Shown: positions 1 through 9,832, counted from the first letter of the stretch. The stretch is 64,000 bases of DNA from an archaeon (GCA_030636025.1 DAOVXQ010000001.1:24791-88790), one strand, 5' to 3'. Numbers and translations are program-made. Notes: generated by a model not told the origin, from the sequence alone.

Positions 1-1
1 C

Positions 2-1150
2 ATAATTATTCCTTTTTTTATTTTTTCCCATGTTTTTCTTTCAATCATACAGGCATTTGAAAAAATTTCAGTGCACACATTTATTTTTAATATCTTCCAA
101 AATTTTATAAAACTTATTTCACTTTTTTTATTAATCTTAATTGGGGTTAAAACAAATGCAATAATTTTTTCATTTTTACTAGGAATCCTTTCAATGTTTA
201 TTATTTCTTATTTATATTGTAAATATAAATTGCCTCAAATTTTTGGAAAACCCAAATTAAGAAAATCTGAAAAAAGAAAAACCATAAAAAACCTTATATC
301 ATATTCCTGGCCAATTATGTTTCTTGCATTTTTTCTTAATATTTTTAATTTAATAGACTCTTTTTCAATAGGTTATTTTAAGGGAGTATTAGAGGTGGGT
401 TTTTATAATGCCGCCGTGCCCATAGCCACATTATTATCATTAACCAGAACTATTTTTTTGCAGCTTTTTTTCCCTTTAATGACAAAAATGTATGCTTTAA
501 AAAATATGTCTGTAATTAATAGCATAAGTAAACAGGTTGCAAAATGGGTTTTAATTATCAATCTCCCAATATTTGCTCTTTTTTTTATTTTCCCAGGAGT
601 TTTTATCAACTTTTTATTTGGAGCAGAATATCTTGTTGCAGAAAATGCTTTAAGATTTCTTTCAATTAGTGCATTACTTTCTTCAGTATTTATTGTTTCA
701 AATCAACTTTTGTCTATTGCAGGCAAATCTAAACTCATTTTATTAGACATCATAATCGCCTCAGTATTAAATATAATTTTAAATGCAATTCTTGTTCCAA
801 TGCCAAAAATATTTTTTATAGATAATGCATTTGGTATAACTGGCGCAGCAATAGCCACAATGATTTCAACAATTGTATTTAGTTTTCTTTTTTTATTCCA
901 AGCAAAACATTATCTTTCAATAATTCCATTAAAAAGAAAGATGATTAGAATTTTTTTCATAGCAGCAATTTTAGCAATTTTAATAGTTTTTATTAAGCAA
1001 TTTATTATAATTAATTTATTAACTATGACTTTGTTAGGTATATTCTTTTTTTTAGCTTATTTATTATTAATATTTACAACAGGATGTTTAGATGAAAATG
1101 ATTTAATGATTTTGAAATCGATTAAAAATAAATTTACTAAAAATAAATAA
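2..1150 (+). CDS. Oligosaccharide flippase (Wzx/MurJ-like, polysaccharide biosynthesis family), 5'-truncated by the window edge
   Basis: Frame is open from base 2. Many TM helices; motifs 'IDSFSIGYF...VGFYNAAVPIA' and 'LNIILNAILVP...GITGAAIAT' are typical of Wzx flippases. Confidence 0.85.
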   Translation: MIIPFFIFSHVFLSIIQAFEKISVHTFIFNIFQNFIKLISLFLLILIGVKTNAIIFSFLLGILSMFIISYLYCKYKLPQIFGKPKLRKSEKRKTIKNLISYSWPIMFLAFFLNIFNLIDSFSIGYFKGVLEVGFYNAAVPIATLLSLTRTIFLQLFFPLMTKMYALKNMSVINSISKQVAKWVLIINLPIFALFFIFPGVFINFLFGAEYLVAENALRFLSISALLSSVFIVSNQLLSIAGKSKLILLDIIIASVLNIILNAILVPMPKIFFIDNAFGITGAAIATMISTIVFSFLFLFQAKHYLSIIPLKRKMIRIFFIAAILAILIVFIKQFIIINLLTMTLLGIFFFLAYLLLIFTTGCLDENDLMILKSIKNKFTKNK

Positions 1151-1152
1151 TT

Positions 1153-2532
1153 TTATTTTATTATTTTTCCTTTCATATCTTTGGGAATTGGAACATCTAA
1201 TGCATTTAAAATAGTCGGAGCAACATCCAAAATATCAATTTCTCCAAGGTTTCCTTTTTGATTAGATTTATTCATTATAAAAATTCCTTGTTTTGAATGT
1301 GTGGCATCATCACTTCCAATAGCAGTTTGAGGCGACCAGAGAGAAGGATTTCCAATTAAAGAAGTATTAACCCCGTATTCTAAATCATCAAAATAAATAA
1401 CAATATCTGGGGCAATATTCTGGTATTTTCCTTGAAAATCATTTTTTTTGATAAAAAATTTAGTATTGAGGGTTTCTCCTCTATCTCCTGTTATTTTTTT
1501 TAATTCTTCTTTTAATCTATTTATTAAATTATCATAATCTTTTAGTTTTACAATTCCTTGTTCTTCTCTTCCTTCTAAATTAATAAAAATTTGCCCCTCA
1601 TAGGCACCAATTGCCCATGCCTTAGTTTTACCCCAATTTATCATATCCATAGTTAATTTGCATTTTTCTTTTAAAGGCTGTTTTAAAACTAAATATCCCT
1701 TATTAATCAACCAATCACTAAGATTAATTCTATTATGCATCCCCATTATTCCATGGTCAGATACAATAATTATTTTTGTATCCTTGTCTAAAAGTTTTAT
1801 TAATTCCCCTAGTTTTTTATCAACAAATTTATAATAATCTTTCATTGTATTTTTAAATTCAGAATTTGGATCATATTTTCTATGTTTTGAGTCTGCATAT
1901 TTTAGAAAGTTATGATTAATCGAATCACTTTGGGCAATTATCCCAAAAAATAAATCCCATTTTTTATTTTTTGATAAATATTCAATTAATTTAAAATGCA
2001 TTTTAGTAATTTTATATGCACTTTTTATTATTTTTTCTTTTGAAATATCTCTAAAATCATTGTCAACGATCATAAAATTTTCAAATAAAGAATTTATTTC
2101 TTGTTTTATTTCTTTTGGATAAGTATAATCTACATTTGTACTTGGAGTTAATGAAAAACCACTAATGCATATACCTTTTTTAAATGGCTTTATTGGCCAC
2201 GCTAGTGGCATAAGACAAGCAACAGGAATTTTATTATTTTCAGAAACAATCTGCCAAATTGTTTTTTCTTTTAAATTTTTTGAAGAAACTATGTTTGGTT
2301 CATAAAAGTAATTTTTTCTATAAACATATTCAAAAATACCTGTATCTTTAGGTTTTTTTCCAGTCATCATAGAACTCCAGGCAACAACAGATAAAGGGGG
2401 AATAGTGCTATTTAATTTTGCATAACCACCTTGTTCCATTAATTTTTTTATATTCGGCAATTCATCGAGCCAGTCATTAAAGATATATCTTGGTTCAGCT
2501 CCATCAATCCCCAAAACAAATACTTTTGACAT
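1153..2532 (-). CDS. Alkaline phosphatase superfamily protein (nucleotide pyrophosphatase/phosphodiesterase-like)
   Basis: LGIDGA, STIPPLSVVAWSSMMTG (Ser at the nucleophile position), DSINH, VSDHG, ATHSKQG, ILDVAPTIL. Confidence 0.85.
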   Translation of the reverse strand: MSKVFVLGIDGAEPRYIFNDWLDELPNIKKLMEQGGYAKLNSTIPPLSVVAWSSMMTGKKPKDTGIFEYVYRKNYFYEPNIVSSKNLKEKTIWQIVSENNKIPVACLMPLAWPIKPFKKGICISGFSLTPSTNVDYTYPKEIKQEINSLFENFMIVDNDFRDISKEKIIKSAYKITKMHFKLIEYLSKNKKWDLFFGIIAQSDSINHNFLKYADSKHRKYDPNSEFKNTMKDYYKFVDKKLGELIKLLDKDTKIIIVSDHGIMGMHNRINLSDWLINKGYLVLKQPLKEKCKLTMDMINWGKTKAWAIGAYEGQIFINLEGREEQGIVKLKDYDNLINRLKEELKKITGDRGETLNTKFFIKKNDFQGKYQNIAPDIVIYFDDLEYGVNTSLIGNPSLWSPQTAIGSDDATHSKQGIFIMNKSNQKGNLGEIDILDVAPTILNALDVPIPKDMKGKIIK

Positions 2533-2720
2533 TTTATTTTTTTACATAATATTAGTAAAATCTGCCCCCCATTAAATAATCTCGTTTAAATTATTTATAA
2601 ATCTTTACTAACTTAGGAGTAATCTATATTAAAAAAGAATAAAGTTTAAATAGGATAATCTCTCAAAATAATTTGATAAATAGATTAAATTTATGTAATT
2701 TTAATATAGATATAATAAAA

Positions 2721-4649
2721 ATGAAGAATGCGGTAATCTTGGTAGCGGGATTGGGGAGTAGATTAAAACCCCTTACTCACGAAGTGCCTAAATGCCTTAC
2801 AGAAATAAATGGAAAACCAATATTAAAAAATACCCTAGAACTATTAAGTAAAAAAGGATTTAAAAGGGCAGTGATAGTAATCGGATTTTTGGGAGAAAGA
2901 GTTAGGGAAGCAATAGGAAAAAAATTTAATGAGATGGACATTATTTATCTTGAAAATCCAACATTTATGGAAACAAATTCTATGTATTCTGCATGGTTAG
3001 CCCGAGAATATATTGAAAAAGGGACCCTTTTAATAGAGGGAGACACTATTTTTGAAGAAGAAATTTTAGAAAGAGTTTTAAAAACAGACAAGGATAAATC
3101 TTTTTGGATTGTAGACAAATTCACAGAACAATTTGACGGATGCATGTCTACTGCTGATGAAAATAACAGGATAATAAAAGTTGAGATAGTAAAAGAAAAA
3201 TTAAAAGAATATAAGAATAATTTTTTTAAATCAACTGGAATACTAAAAATAACCAGCGAGTTTGGAAAAGAATTTTCAAATTGGCTCAATGATGATGTTA
3301 AGGCAGGAAATGTAAATATATACTATGACCTTGTTCTTGCAAAACATATTCATGAAAAACCCCTTTATGTCTACAACATAAGTGATTTAAAATGGTTTGA
3401 AATTGATAATTTTCAGGATGTTAGAAAAGCAGAAAATATATTTCAGTCAACAAAATATGTGATGATAATTATGGATGGTTCTGCTGACCTCCCCTTACCA
3501 GAACTAGAAAACAAAACCCCATTTGAAGCAGCAAAAATTCCAAATATAGATTATTTAACTGAAAATGGGAGAACAGGACTATTACAAACAATGTATCCTG
3601 GACTACCTATTTGTAGCATTGTTGCTAATACAGGGTTATTGGGATATAATCCTGCAAGATATTATCCTATTGGAAGGGCCTCTTTTGAAGCATTAGCTCA
3701 AGATATATTCTTAAATCCTAATGATATTGCGTTTAGATGCAATCTGATTTCCACAGAAAATGAAAAAATTAAAGATTTTACAGCAGGAATGATAGATGAT
3801 GAAAGTGCATCCAAGATAATAAATAATCTTAAAATAGATGACAAAAATATTGAGATCTATTCTGGTCAAAGCTATAGGAATTTATTAATTGCAAGAAATG
3901 CTAATTTTTTTGCCAGTGAAATAATTGCCTTTGAACCCCACGAGAACATTAGTGAAGAAATAAAATCAAAATTATTAAAGCATAAGGGGGGAATACACCC
4001 CTCTATTGAGAAACTAAATTCTATAATGTTAGATTCAATAGAACAAATAAAACTATTAAATCAACAATATAATACAAAAGCAGATATGATTTGGCTTTGG
4101 AGCCCATCAATAACACCAAGAATACCTTCTTTTTCAAGACAATATGGGGTAGATGGTGCTATTGTTGCAGGAATGGACTTTATGAACGGCTTGGGGAGAG
4201 CTATGAGGATGGAAGTGAAAAAAATACCCGAAGCTACAGGCGATTTTGATACTAATTTAAAAGAAAAATTAAAATATGCAAAGAATTATTTAAGGTATAA
4301 TGATATTGTGTTTATACATATAAATTCTCCTGATGAAGAATCTCATGCACGTAATGCTGAAAAAAAAGTAAAAGCCATAGAAAATATTGATAGAGAAATC
4401 ATAGGACCTTTATTAGAATTTTTAAATAAAACCTATCCAAATAATTTCAGAATTGCTGCAATGCCAGATCATTATACATTTGTTAAAAATGGAAAACATG
4501 ATGAAAGATCCGTCCCTTATTTTATATGTGGGAAAAATATAAAAAAGAATGATGTTAAAAAATTTACAGAAAAAGAAATTTTTGAAGATAACAAGATAAC
4601 TTTAAAAAGCTATGATTTTATCAATCTTTTGCTAAATGAAGGAATATGA
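2721..4649 (+). CDS. Fusion: LicC/PntC-like NTP (cytidylyl)transferase plus cofactor-independent phosphoglycerate mutase-like (ApgM-type) domain
   Basis: N-terminal ILVAGLGSRLKPLT..PKCL, LLIEGD, WFEIDNFQD. C-terminal (from about 3450) IIMDGSAD..KTPFEAA, CSIVAN..LLGY, GRASFEA, AFRCNL, PDEESH, PDH..H. ATG at 2721 preferred over TTG at 2673. Confidence 0.85.
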   Translation: MKNAVILVAGLGSRLKPLTHEVPKCLTEINGKPILKNTLELLSKKGFKRAVIVIGFLGERVREAIGKKFNEMDIIYLENPTFMETNSMYSAWLAREYIEKGTLLIEGDTIFEEEILERVLKTDKDKSFWIVDKFTEQFDGCMSTADENNRIIKVEIVKEKLKEYKNNFFKSTGILKITSEFGKEFSNWLNDDVKAGNVNIYYDLVLAKHIHEKPLYVYNISDLKWFEIDNFQDVRKAENIFQSTKYVMIIMDGSADLPLPELENKTPFEAAKIPNIDYLTENGRTGLLQTMYPGLPICSIVANTGLLGYNPARYYPIGRASFEALAQDIFLNPNDIAFRCNLISTENEKIKDFTAGMIDDESASKIINNLKIDDKNIEIYSGQSYRNLLIARNANFFASEIIAFEPHENISEEIKSKLLKHKGGIHPSIEKLNSIMLDSIEQIKLLNQQYNTKADMIWLWSPSITPRIPSFSRQYGVDGAIVAGMDFMNGLGRAMRMEVKKIPEATGDFDTNLKEKLKYAKNYLRYNDIVFIHINSPDEESHARNAEKKVKAIENIDREIIGPLLEFLNKTYPNNFRIAAMPDHYTFVKNGKHDERSVPYFICGKNIKKNDVKKFTEKEIFEDNKITLKSYDFINLLLNEGI

Positions 4650-6100
4650 AAACTAAAAAGAAAATTTTGTTAATTAACCCAAGATTAAATGTATCAAAAG
4701 GCTCAATTAGAAGGCTACCAACCCCCCTTGGTTTAATGTATCTTGGAAATGTTTTAGAAAAGGGAGGACATGAAGTTTCAATACTTGATAGTGCTTGTGA
4801 GGGATATAATAATATTACTATAAAAGATGATATTGAAACATATGGATTAAGTGATGAAGAAATAACTAAAAGAATTAGAGAAGAAAATCCAGATTTTGTT
4901 GGTGTAACCTGTCTTTTTTCAAAAATAGAAGAAGAAGTAAAAACTGCCTGTAGAATAGCTAAATCCGTAAATCCAAATATATCAACAGTTATTGGAGGAA
5001 TTCATCCAACATTATTTGCAGAAAAATTAATGAAGGAAAATCCGGAAATAGATTTCATTATTCAAAAAGAAGGTGAAAGTCGCCTTTTAGATTTAGTAAA
5101 TAATTTTCAAGACTATAAATCTATAGATGGTCTTGTTTTTAGAAAAGATGAAAAAGTAATAATAAACCCTCCAACCAGAATTGAAGATATTAATAAACTA
5201 CCTTTGCCTGCAAGACATTTAATAGACATGGAAAAATATATTGATGTGGGATTATTTAGCAACCCCTTTCCTAAAAAAGAGAGGGTTGCACAAGTTTTAG
5301 CATCAAGAGGGTGCATTTATCATTGTGATTTTTGTTCAACTCCAAAGTTTTGGGGAAAATTTAGAAGAAGAGATGCAGAGAATATTCTTGAAGAAATTAT
5401 TCATTTAAAAGATGAATATGGCATACAAGAAATACAATTTAGAGACGATAATCTTACTATAGACAGAGAAAATGCACTTAAACTTTTTAGACTTATGAAG
5501 CCATTAAAAATAGTTTGGTGCTCTGGTGTAATGCTTCAAGCACTTAACGAAAAAATGGTAAAAGCCATGGCAGAATCTGGATGTTATAAATTAACAATCT
5601 CTCCTGAATCAGGTAGTGAAAGGATTTTAAGAGAATTGATGCACAAACCTCTTCAATTAGAGCAAGTTAAACCAAAAGTAGATTTACTACATAAGTATGG
5701 AATAAGTACACATAGTGACTTTATCATAGGATATCCTGGAGAAACAAGAGAAGAAATATACCAAACATTTGAATTTGCTAAAGAAATTCAAACTAATTCT
5801 GCATCTTTTTTTATAGCAGGACCTTGTCCAGGAAGTCCATTATATGAAAGATGTAAAAAAAAGGGATGGTTAGATCAGGGTTGGAGGGGAGATTATAAAT
5901 CCTCAGGAATTCATATAAAAAAAACAGATTCAGAGTATGTTATGTCTGAAAAAGAACTTATAGAATTAACTGAAAAAAATACCCGCGAATTTAATGAATT
6001 AACTAAAAATAATGATCCTCAAGCATGGATAGAAAAATACAAAATTTTCTTAGAAAAACACCCCGAACAAACAGAAAAAATAATGGGAAGAGTTGTTTAA
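4646..6100 (+). CDS. B12-binding domain radical SAM protein (class B)
   Basis: N-terminal PLGLMYL / IGGIHPT / EGE cobalamin-binding domain; SRGCIYHCDFC motif; DDNL; ESGS; IIGYPGET. ATGA overlap with the upstream gene. Confidence 0.9.
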   Translation: MKTKKKILLINPRLNVSKGSIRRLPTPLGLMYLGNVLEKGGHEVSILDSACEGYNNITIKDDIETYGLSDEEITKRIREENPDFVGVTCLFSKIEEEVKTACRIAKSVNPNISTVIGGIHPTLFAEKLMKENPEIDFIIQKEGESRLLDLVNNFQDYKSIDGLVFRKDEKVIINPPTRIEDINKLPLPARHLIDMEKYIDVGLFSNPFPKKERVAQVLASRGCIYHCDFCSTPKFWGKFRRRDAENILEEIIHLKDEYGIQEIQFRDDNLTIDRENALKLFRLMKPLKIVWCSGVMLQALNEKMVKAMAESGCYKLTISPESGSERILRELMHKPLQLEQVKPKVDLLHKYGISTHSDFIIGYPGETREEIYQTFEFAKEIQTNSASFFIAGPCPGSPLYERCKKKGWLDQGWRGDYKSSGIHIKKTDSEYVMSEKELIELTEKNTREFNELTKNNDPQAWIEKYKIFLEKHPEQTEKIMGRVV

Positions 6101-6121
6101 ATATAATTTTCCTAGCGAAGA

Positions 6122-6129
6122 TTTATAAA
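6122..6129 (+). promoter_or_regulatory. TATA box (TTTATAAA) with purine-rich BRE-like upstream sequence
   Basis: gcgaaga-TTTATAAA starts 29 bp before the ATG at 6151. Confidence 0.55.
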
Positions 6130-6150
6130 TCGTCTCAGATTCTCACTTAA

Positions 6151-7569
6151 ATGGAATCCAAAAAACCAAATATAATTTTTATAATGGCCGACGCAGTTAG
6201 AGCGAGAAACCTTGGTTGTTATGGTTATCATAGAAATACTTCTCCAAATATAGATTCTTTAGCTAAAAAAGGAGTTTTATTTGAAAATGTTTTTTCATCA
6301 AATAATGTAAGTAATAAACAATTTTTATCTATTCTTGGCGGAAAAAGAGTTATAGCAGAGGGACCTTTAATAAATTATGTTAGTAAAAAAGAAATTCAAG
6401 GTTTCTTTGAAACCGGGGGAGTTCTTTTTCCAGAAATGCTCAAAAAACAAGGATATAAAACCTATTTTTTAAAAGACATATATGGTTGGCAAAAAAAAGG
6501 TTTTGATTATTATTTTAAATGTGCATCTAAGGAGGACAAATCAAATGTAAAATGGAGATTAATTAATTTTTCAAAAAAATTTCCCATATTCTATAAAACT
6601 TTAAAATATTCTTTTCACAATTTAGTTTCAAAAAAACTTGCAAATAAGATAAGAGAAAGAAAAGAATCCGAAAAAGTTACAAGAGAAGCTATTGAAATAA
6701 TTAAAAAATCAAAAAAAAATCCTTTTTTTATGTGGCTTTATTATGGAGATACACATTTACCTTATAATGTTCCATCAAAATTTAATAATAAGTTTATTGC
6801 AAATAAAAAAAGTAAAAACTTATTTAAGGAAATATCTAATAAAGGCATGGATAAACGTATTGTAGATTTTCTGAAAGTCTCATTTAGTCGAGGAGATACT
6901 ATTGAAGATGCTATTGCACAATACGATTGTGCCATCGCCTATGTAGATTCATTAGTCAAAAGAGTGGTAAATGCTCTTGAAAAAAAGAATATCCTTGAGA
7001 ATACTATCATTTTTATTTTTGCAGATCATGGGGAAAGCCATGCAGAACATAACATATACTTTAATCATTATGGGCCTTATGGGACGGTATACCAGGTCCC
7101 ATTAATAATTTTCGGAAAAGGAATTCCAAAAAATAAAAGAATAAAAAGCTTTATTCAACACGAAGATCTTGCCCCAACTATTTTTAATATATTAAATATA
7201 AATCATAGTCCAACTCTTTTTGATGGGGGCAGTTTAATTCCCCTTATGAATGGAGAAAAAGAGAAGATTAGAGATCATGCTTTTATGGTAGAAAATTCTT
7301 CTATTAGAAAAAAGATAATCAGAACAAAAAAATATTCTTATATGGAATCTGCTTCAAAAGAAGATGCCACTTGTAAAGTTTGTAATAAAATCCACCAAGG
7401 AGTTATTGAATTATATGATTTGGAAAATGATCCTGGAGAAAATATAAATATTGCTAAAAAAAATAAAAAAGCTTTAATTGAAATGAAATTAAAATTAAAT
7501 AAAACAATTAAAGATTTGAAAAATTTAAATGAGAAAAGAAGAATAAACCAAGTTTTATCAAAGATTTAA
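6151..7569 (+). CDS. Sulfatase-like hydrolase/transferase (alkaline phosphatase superfamily), no CxPxR motif
   Basis: KPNIIFIMADAVRA..LGCYGY..TSPNID, DTHLPY, YDCAIAYVD, FADHGE, VPLII, ELYDLENDPGE. Confidence 0.85.
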   Translation: MESKKPNIIFIMADAVRARNLGCYGYHRNTSPNIDSLAKKGVLFENVFSSNNVSNKQFLSILGGKRVIAEGPLINYVSKKEIQGFFETGGVLFPEMLKKQGYKTYFLKDIYGWQKKGFDYYFKCASKEDKSNVKWRLINFSKKFPIFYKTLKYSFHNLVSKKLANKIRERKESEKVTREAIEIIKKSKKNPFFMWLYYGDTHLPYNVPSKFNNKFIANKKSKNLFKEISNKGMDKRIVDFLKVSFSRGDTIEDAIAQYDCAIAYVDSLVKRVVNALEKKNILENTIIFIFADHGESHAEHNIYFNHYGPYGTVYQVPLIIFGKGIPKNKRIKSFIQHEDLAPTIFNILNINHSPTLFDGGSLIPLMNGEKEKIRDHAFMVENSSIRKKIIRTKKYSYMESASKEDATCKVCNKIHQGVIELYDLENDPGENINIAKKNKKALIEMKLKLNKTIKDLKNLNEKRRINQVLSKI

Positions 7570-7613
7570 TTTATCCAATTTAAATATAAAAATTTATAAA
7601 CCCAAAAATAAAT
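7481..7613 (+). repeat. Direct repeat A, copy 1 (sulfatase 3' end plus downstream TATA region)
   Basis: Near-identical to about 7997-8126 (offset 513), e.g. aattaaataaaacaattaaagattt...gaagaataaacca...tcaaagattta...tttataaac. Confidence 0.85.
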
Positions 7614-7694
7614 CAGAAGAATGAGGGGGAACTAGAGGGTTTATGCTCTAACTAATAAAAAATACCTCCTTAACAGAAAAAAGAATACTTTAAA

Positions 7695-8015
7695 ATGGCT
7701 GATAAAAATATAAAACTTTCAAAAGAATTAATAGAAAAATTACAAAGAAAAATAAAAGAAACAGATTTTGCATCAATACAAGATTATGTGATTTATGTAT
7801 TAAATCAATTAGTTGTTTCTGAAGAAAATCAAGAAGAGGCTAGCAAAGATGAATCAGTTAATTATTCTCCAGGAGAAGAATATGGCTCAATAGAGGAGAG
7901 GTATAAAAAATACTTGGAAGAAAGTAAGAAAATGTGTTGGAAAATTGATAGTTTTGAGGAATGGTCCAGAAGGGTTGAAAATGATTCATTAGGGGAAAAT
8001 GAAATAATTAAATAA
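7695..8015 (+). CDS. Small CopG/RHH-like protein, copy 1 (divergent C-terminus)
   Basis: IKLSKELIEKLQRKIKETDFASIQDYVIYVL ribbon-helix-helix-like pattern; paralog of 8136-8360. Confidence 0.6.
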   Translation: MADKNIKLSKELIEKLQRKIKETDFASIQDYVIYVLNQLVVSEENQEEASKDESVNYSPGEEYGSIEERYKKYLEESKKMCWKIDSFEEWSRRVENDSLGENEIIK

Positions 8016-8126
8016 AACAATTAAAGATTTAAAAAATCTAAATGAAAAAAGAAGAATAAACCAATTTTGATCAAAGATTTAAATTATTCAATTTAAACAA
8101 AAATATTTATAAACTAAAAAATAAAT
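7997..8126 (+). repeat. Direct repeat A, copy 2 (relic of the sulfatase 3' end plus TATA)
   Basis: Matches 7481-7613; contains TTTATAAA at 8106-8113, 30 bp before the ATG at 8136. Confidence 0.85.
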
Positions 8127-8135
8127 TTAATTAAT

Positions 8136-8360
8136 ATGACAAACATTATAACTCTACCAAAAGAATTAGCAGAAAAATTACAAAAAAAAATAAAGGAAAC
8201 AGATTTTGCATCAATACAAGATTATGTGATTTATGCATTAAATCAATTAGTTGTTTCTGAAGAAAATAAAGAAGAGATTAGTAAGGAAGAAGAAGTAGCA
8301 TACACTCCTGAAGAAGAAGAAGAACTGAAAAAAAGATTAACAGAGCAGGGTTATATTTAG
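8136..8360 (+). CDS. Small CopG/RHH-like protein, copy 2, ending in EEEEELKKRLTEQGYI
   Basis: ITLPKELAEKLQKKIKETDFASIQDYVIYAL; DNA at about 8158-8277 is near-identical to about 7720-7838. Confidence 0.7.
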   Translation: MTNIITLPKELAEKLQKKIKETDFASIQDYVIYALNQLVVSEENKEEISKEEEVAYTPEEEEELKKRLTEQGYI

Positions 8361-8364
8361 ATTT

Positions 8365-8865
8365 TTAATAATTTAATGAGTTATCTTCAGATAAGTTATT
8401 TTCATTAGATTCTGATTCACTTGTTTGATTAAATTCTTTTTCATCTTCCCAAATTCTCCAATCATAACCCATATTTTTACAAGTTTCTGCAGCCAAACAA
8501 TCTAATTTTAAATCTACTCTCTCACCAATTTCTTGGCTTATAACATTTTTAGACATATTCCTAACACCATTTACAGCATGAGTGAATTTTAAAAGCTTAT
8601 CCTGAGAATCCCCTCCCTCTCTTGCCTTTGACTCATTAGCCCAGATAGTCTCATTTGATATTGAATTAACTTGGATTGCCCGTATCATCTGCCCTGTTAA
8701 TCGCACATCTTTTTCTTTAATTATCAAATCAATATCATGCATAATCTCTTGCGCCTCTTTTTCATATTCTTTTTTATGTTCGGGAATTTTAATAGATTTT
8801 AAAGTAACAATGCATAACCTATCTATCAATTCAGCAAATGTTGGCATGTATTTTCTTTCAGACAT
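8365..8865 (-). CDS. Hypothetical helical protein, DUF6165-like
   Basis: ELIDRLCIVTLK..IP, NETIWANESKAREG, NGVRNMSK; aligns by eye with 27073-27462. Confidence 0.55.
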   Translation of the reverse strand: MSERKYMPTFAELIDRLCIVTLKSIKIPEHKKEYEKEAQEIMHDIDLIIKEKDVRLTGQMIRAIQVNSISNETIWANESKAREGGDSQDKLLKFTHAVNGVRNMSKNVISQEIGERVDLKLDCLAAETCKNMGYDWRIWEDEKEFNQTSESESNENNLSEDNSLNY

Positions 8866-9832
8866 TTTCTCTCCACCAGTTTAATAAATCTTGCATGGTT
8901 TGCTCAAAGCTATATTTTGGAACCCATCCTGTTTTGTTTAAGAACTTACTGCAATCAGGTATTTGTAATGTTACATCATAGGGCCGTAATAATTCTGGAT
9001 CTTCTTCTTTTTTTATATCTTTGTCACTTAAGTCAATTAGATGGTCTAACATTTCTCCTATTGTATTTGTTGTATTCCCCCCAATATTATATGCTTCTCC
9101 TGGCTCACATTTTCTAACTAATGAATGATACGCTCCTACTGCATCCCTTACATCTGCCCAAGTTCTTACACTATCGAGATTCCCATGTTTTAAGATTGGT
9201 TCTTGTTTATCTTTTTCTATTAAAGCAATTTGTTTTGCAAAATTACATTCAGCACTCATCATTGTTCTTCTTGGACCTGTATGTGTAAACATTCTTGTCC
9301 TAATTGTTTTTATTTTATAATTTGTCCAATATAAAAGTGCCACCATATCTGCTCCAACTTTCCCTACAGCATATGGATTAGACGGATTAAAAGGACAATC
9401 TTCTTTAATTGGAACTAAATCTTTTGTTACCAGCCCATAAACTTCTGAACTAGAACAGACATGCACTATTGGATCATATCCTGTTTTTTCCTTAGTCATC
9501 CTGACTGCCTCCAATAATCGTAAGGTTCCTATCGTATTTGTTTGAATTGTAATATCTGGATTTGAATAAGAATCCCCAACATAACTTTGTGCGGCTAAAT
9601 GAAAAATATAATCAGGCCTATGTTTATCAATTACTCTTAAACAAGCAGACTGGTCTAACAAATCCATAGGAACCATCTTTATTTTTCCGTCTAAGTGTTT
9701 AATTCTATTCAAATCTTCTGTCCACCTATATGTTCCTATAACTTCCTCTTCTTTTTTAACTAACAAATCCTCTAAATGACTTGCGACAAAACCTCCTGCA
9801 CCTGTAATTAAATTAGTTACCATTTTTTTCAT
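8858..9832 (-). CDS. gmd: GDP-mannose 4,6-dehydratase-like NAD-dependent epimerase/dehydratase
   Basis: LITGAGGFVASHL, FHLAAQSYV, SSEVYG, PYAVGK, RMFTHTGPRR, GNLDSVRTWADVRD. Confidence 0.7.
   Translation of the reverse strand: MKKMVTNLITGAGGFVASHLEDLLVKKEEEVIGTYRWTEDLNRIKHLDGKIKMVPMDLLDQSACLRVIDKHRPDYIFHLAAQSYVGDSYSNPDITIQTNTIGTLRLLEAVRMTKEKTGYDPIVHVCSSSEVYGLVTKDLVPIKEDCPFNPSNPYAVGKVGADMVALLYWTNYKIKTIRTRMFTHTGPRRTMMSAECNFAKQIALIEKDKQEPILKHGNLDSVRTWADVRDAVGAYHSLVRKCEPGEAYNIGGNTTNTIGEMLDHLIDLSDKDIKKEEDPELLRPYDVTLQIPDCSKFLNKTGWVPKYSFEQTMQDLLNWWRENV

Noticed and set aside
7481..8280. CRISPR array or mobile element
   Set aside because: Only two long imperfect copies, with no short regularly spaced repeats and no transposase; explained by tandem duplication.
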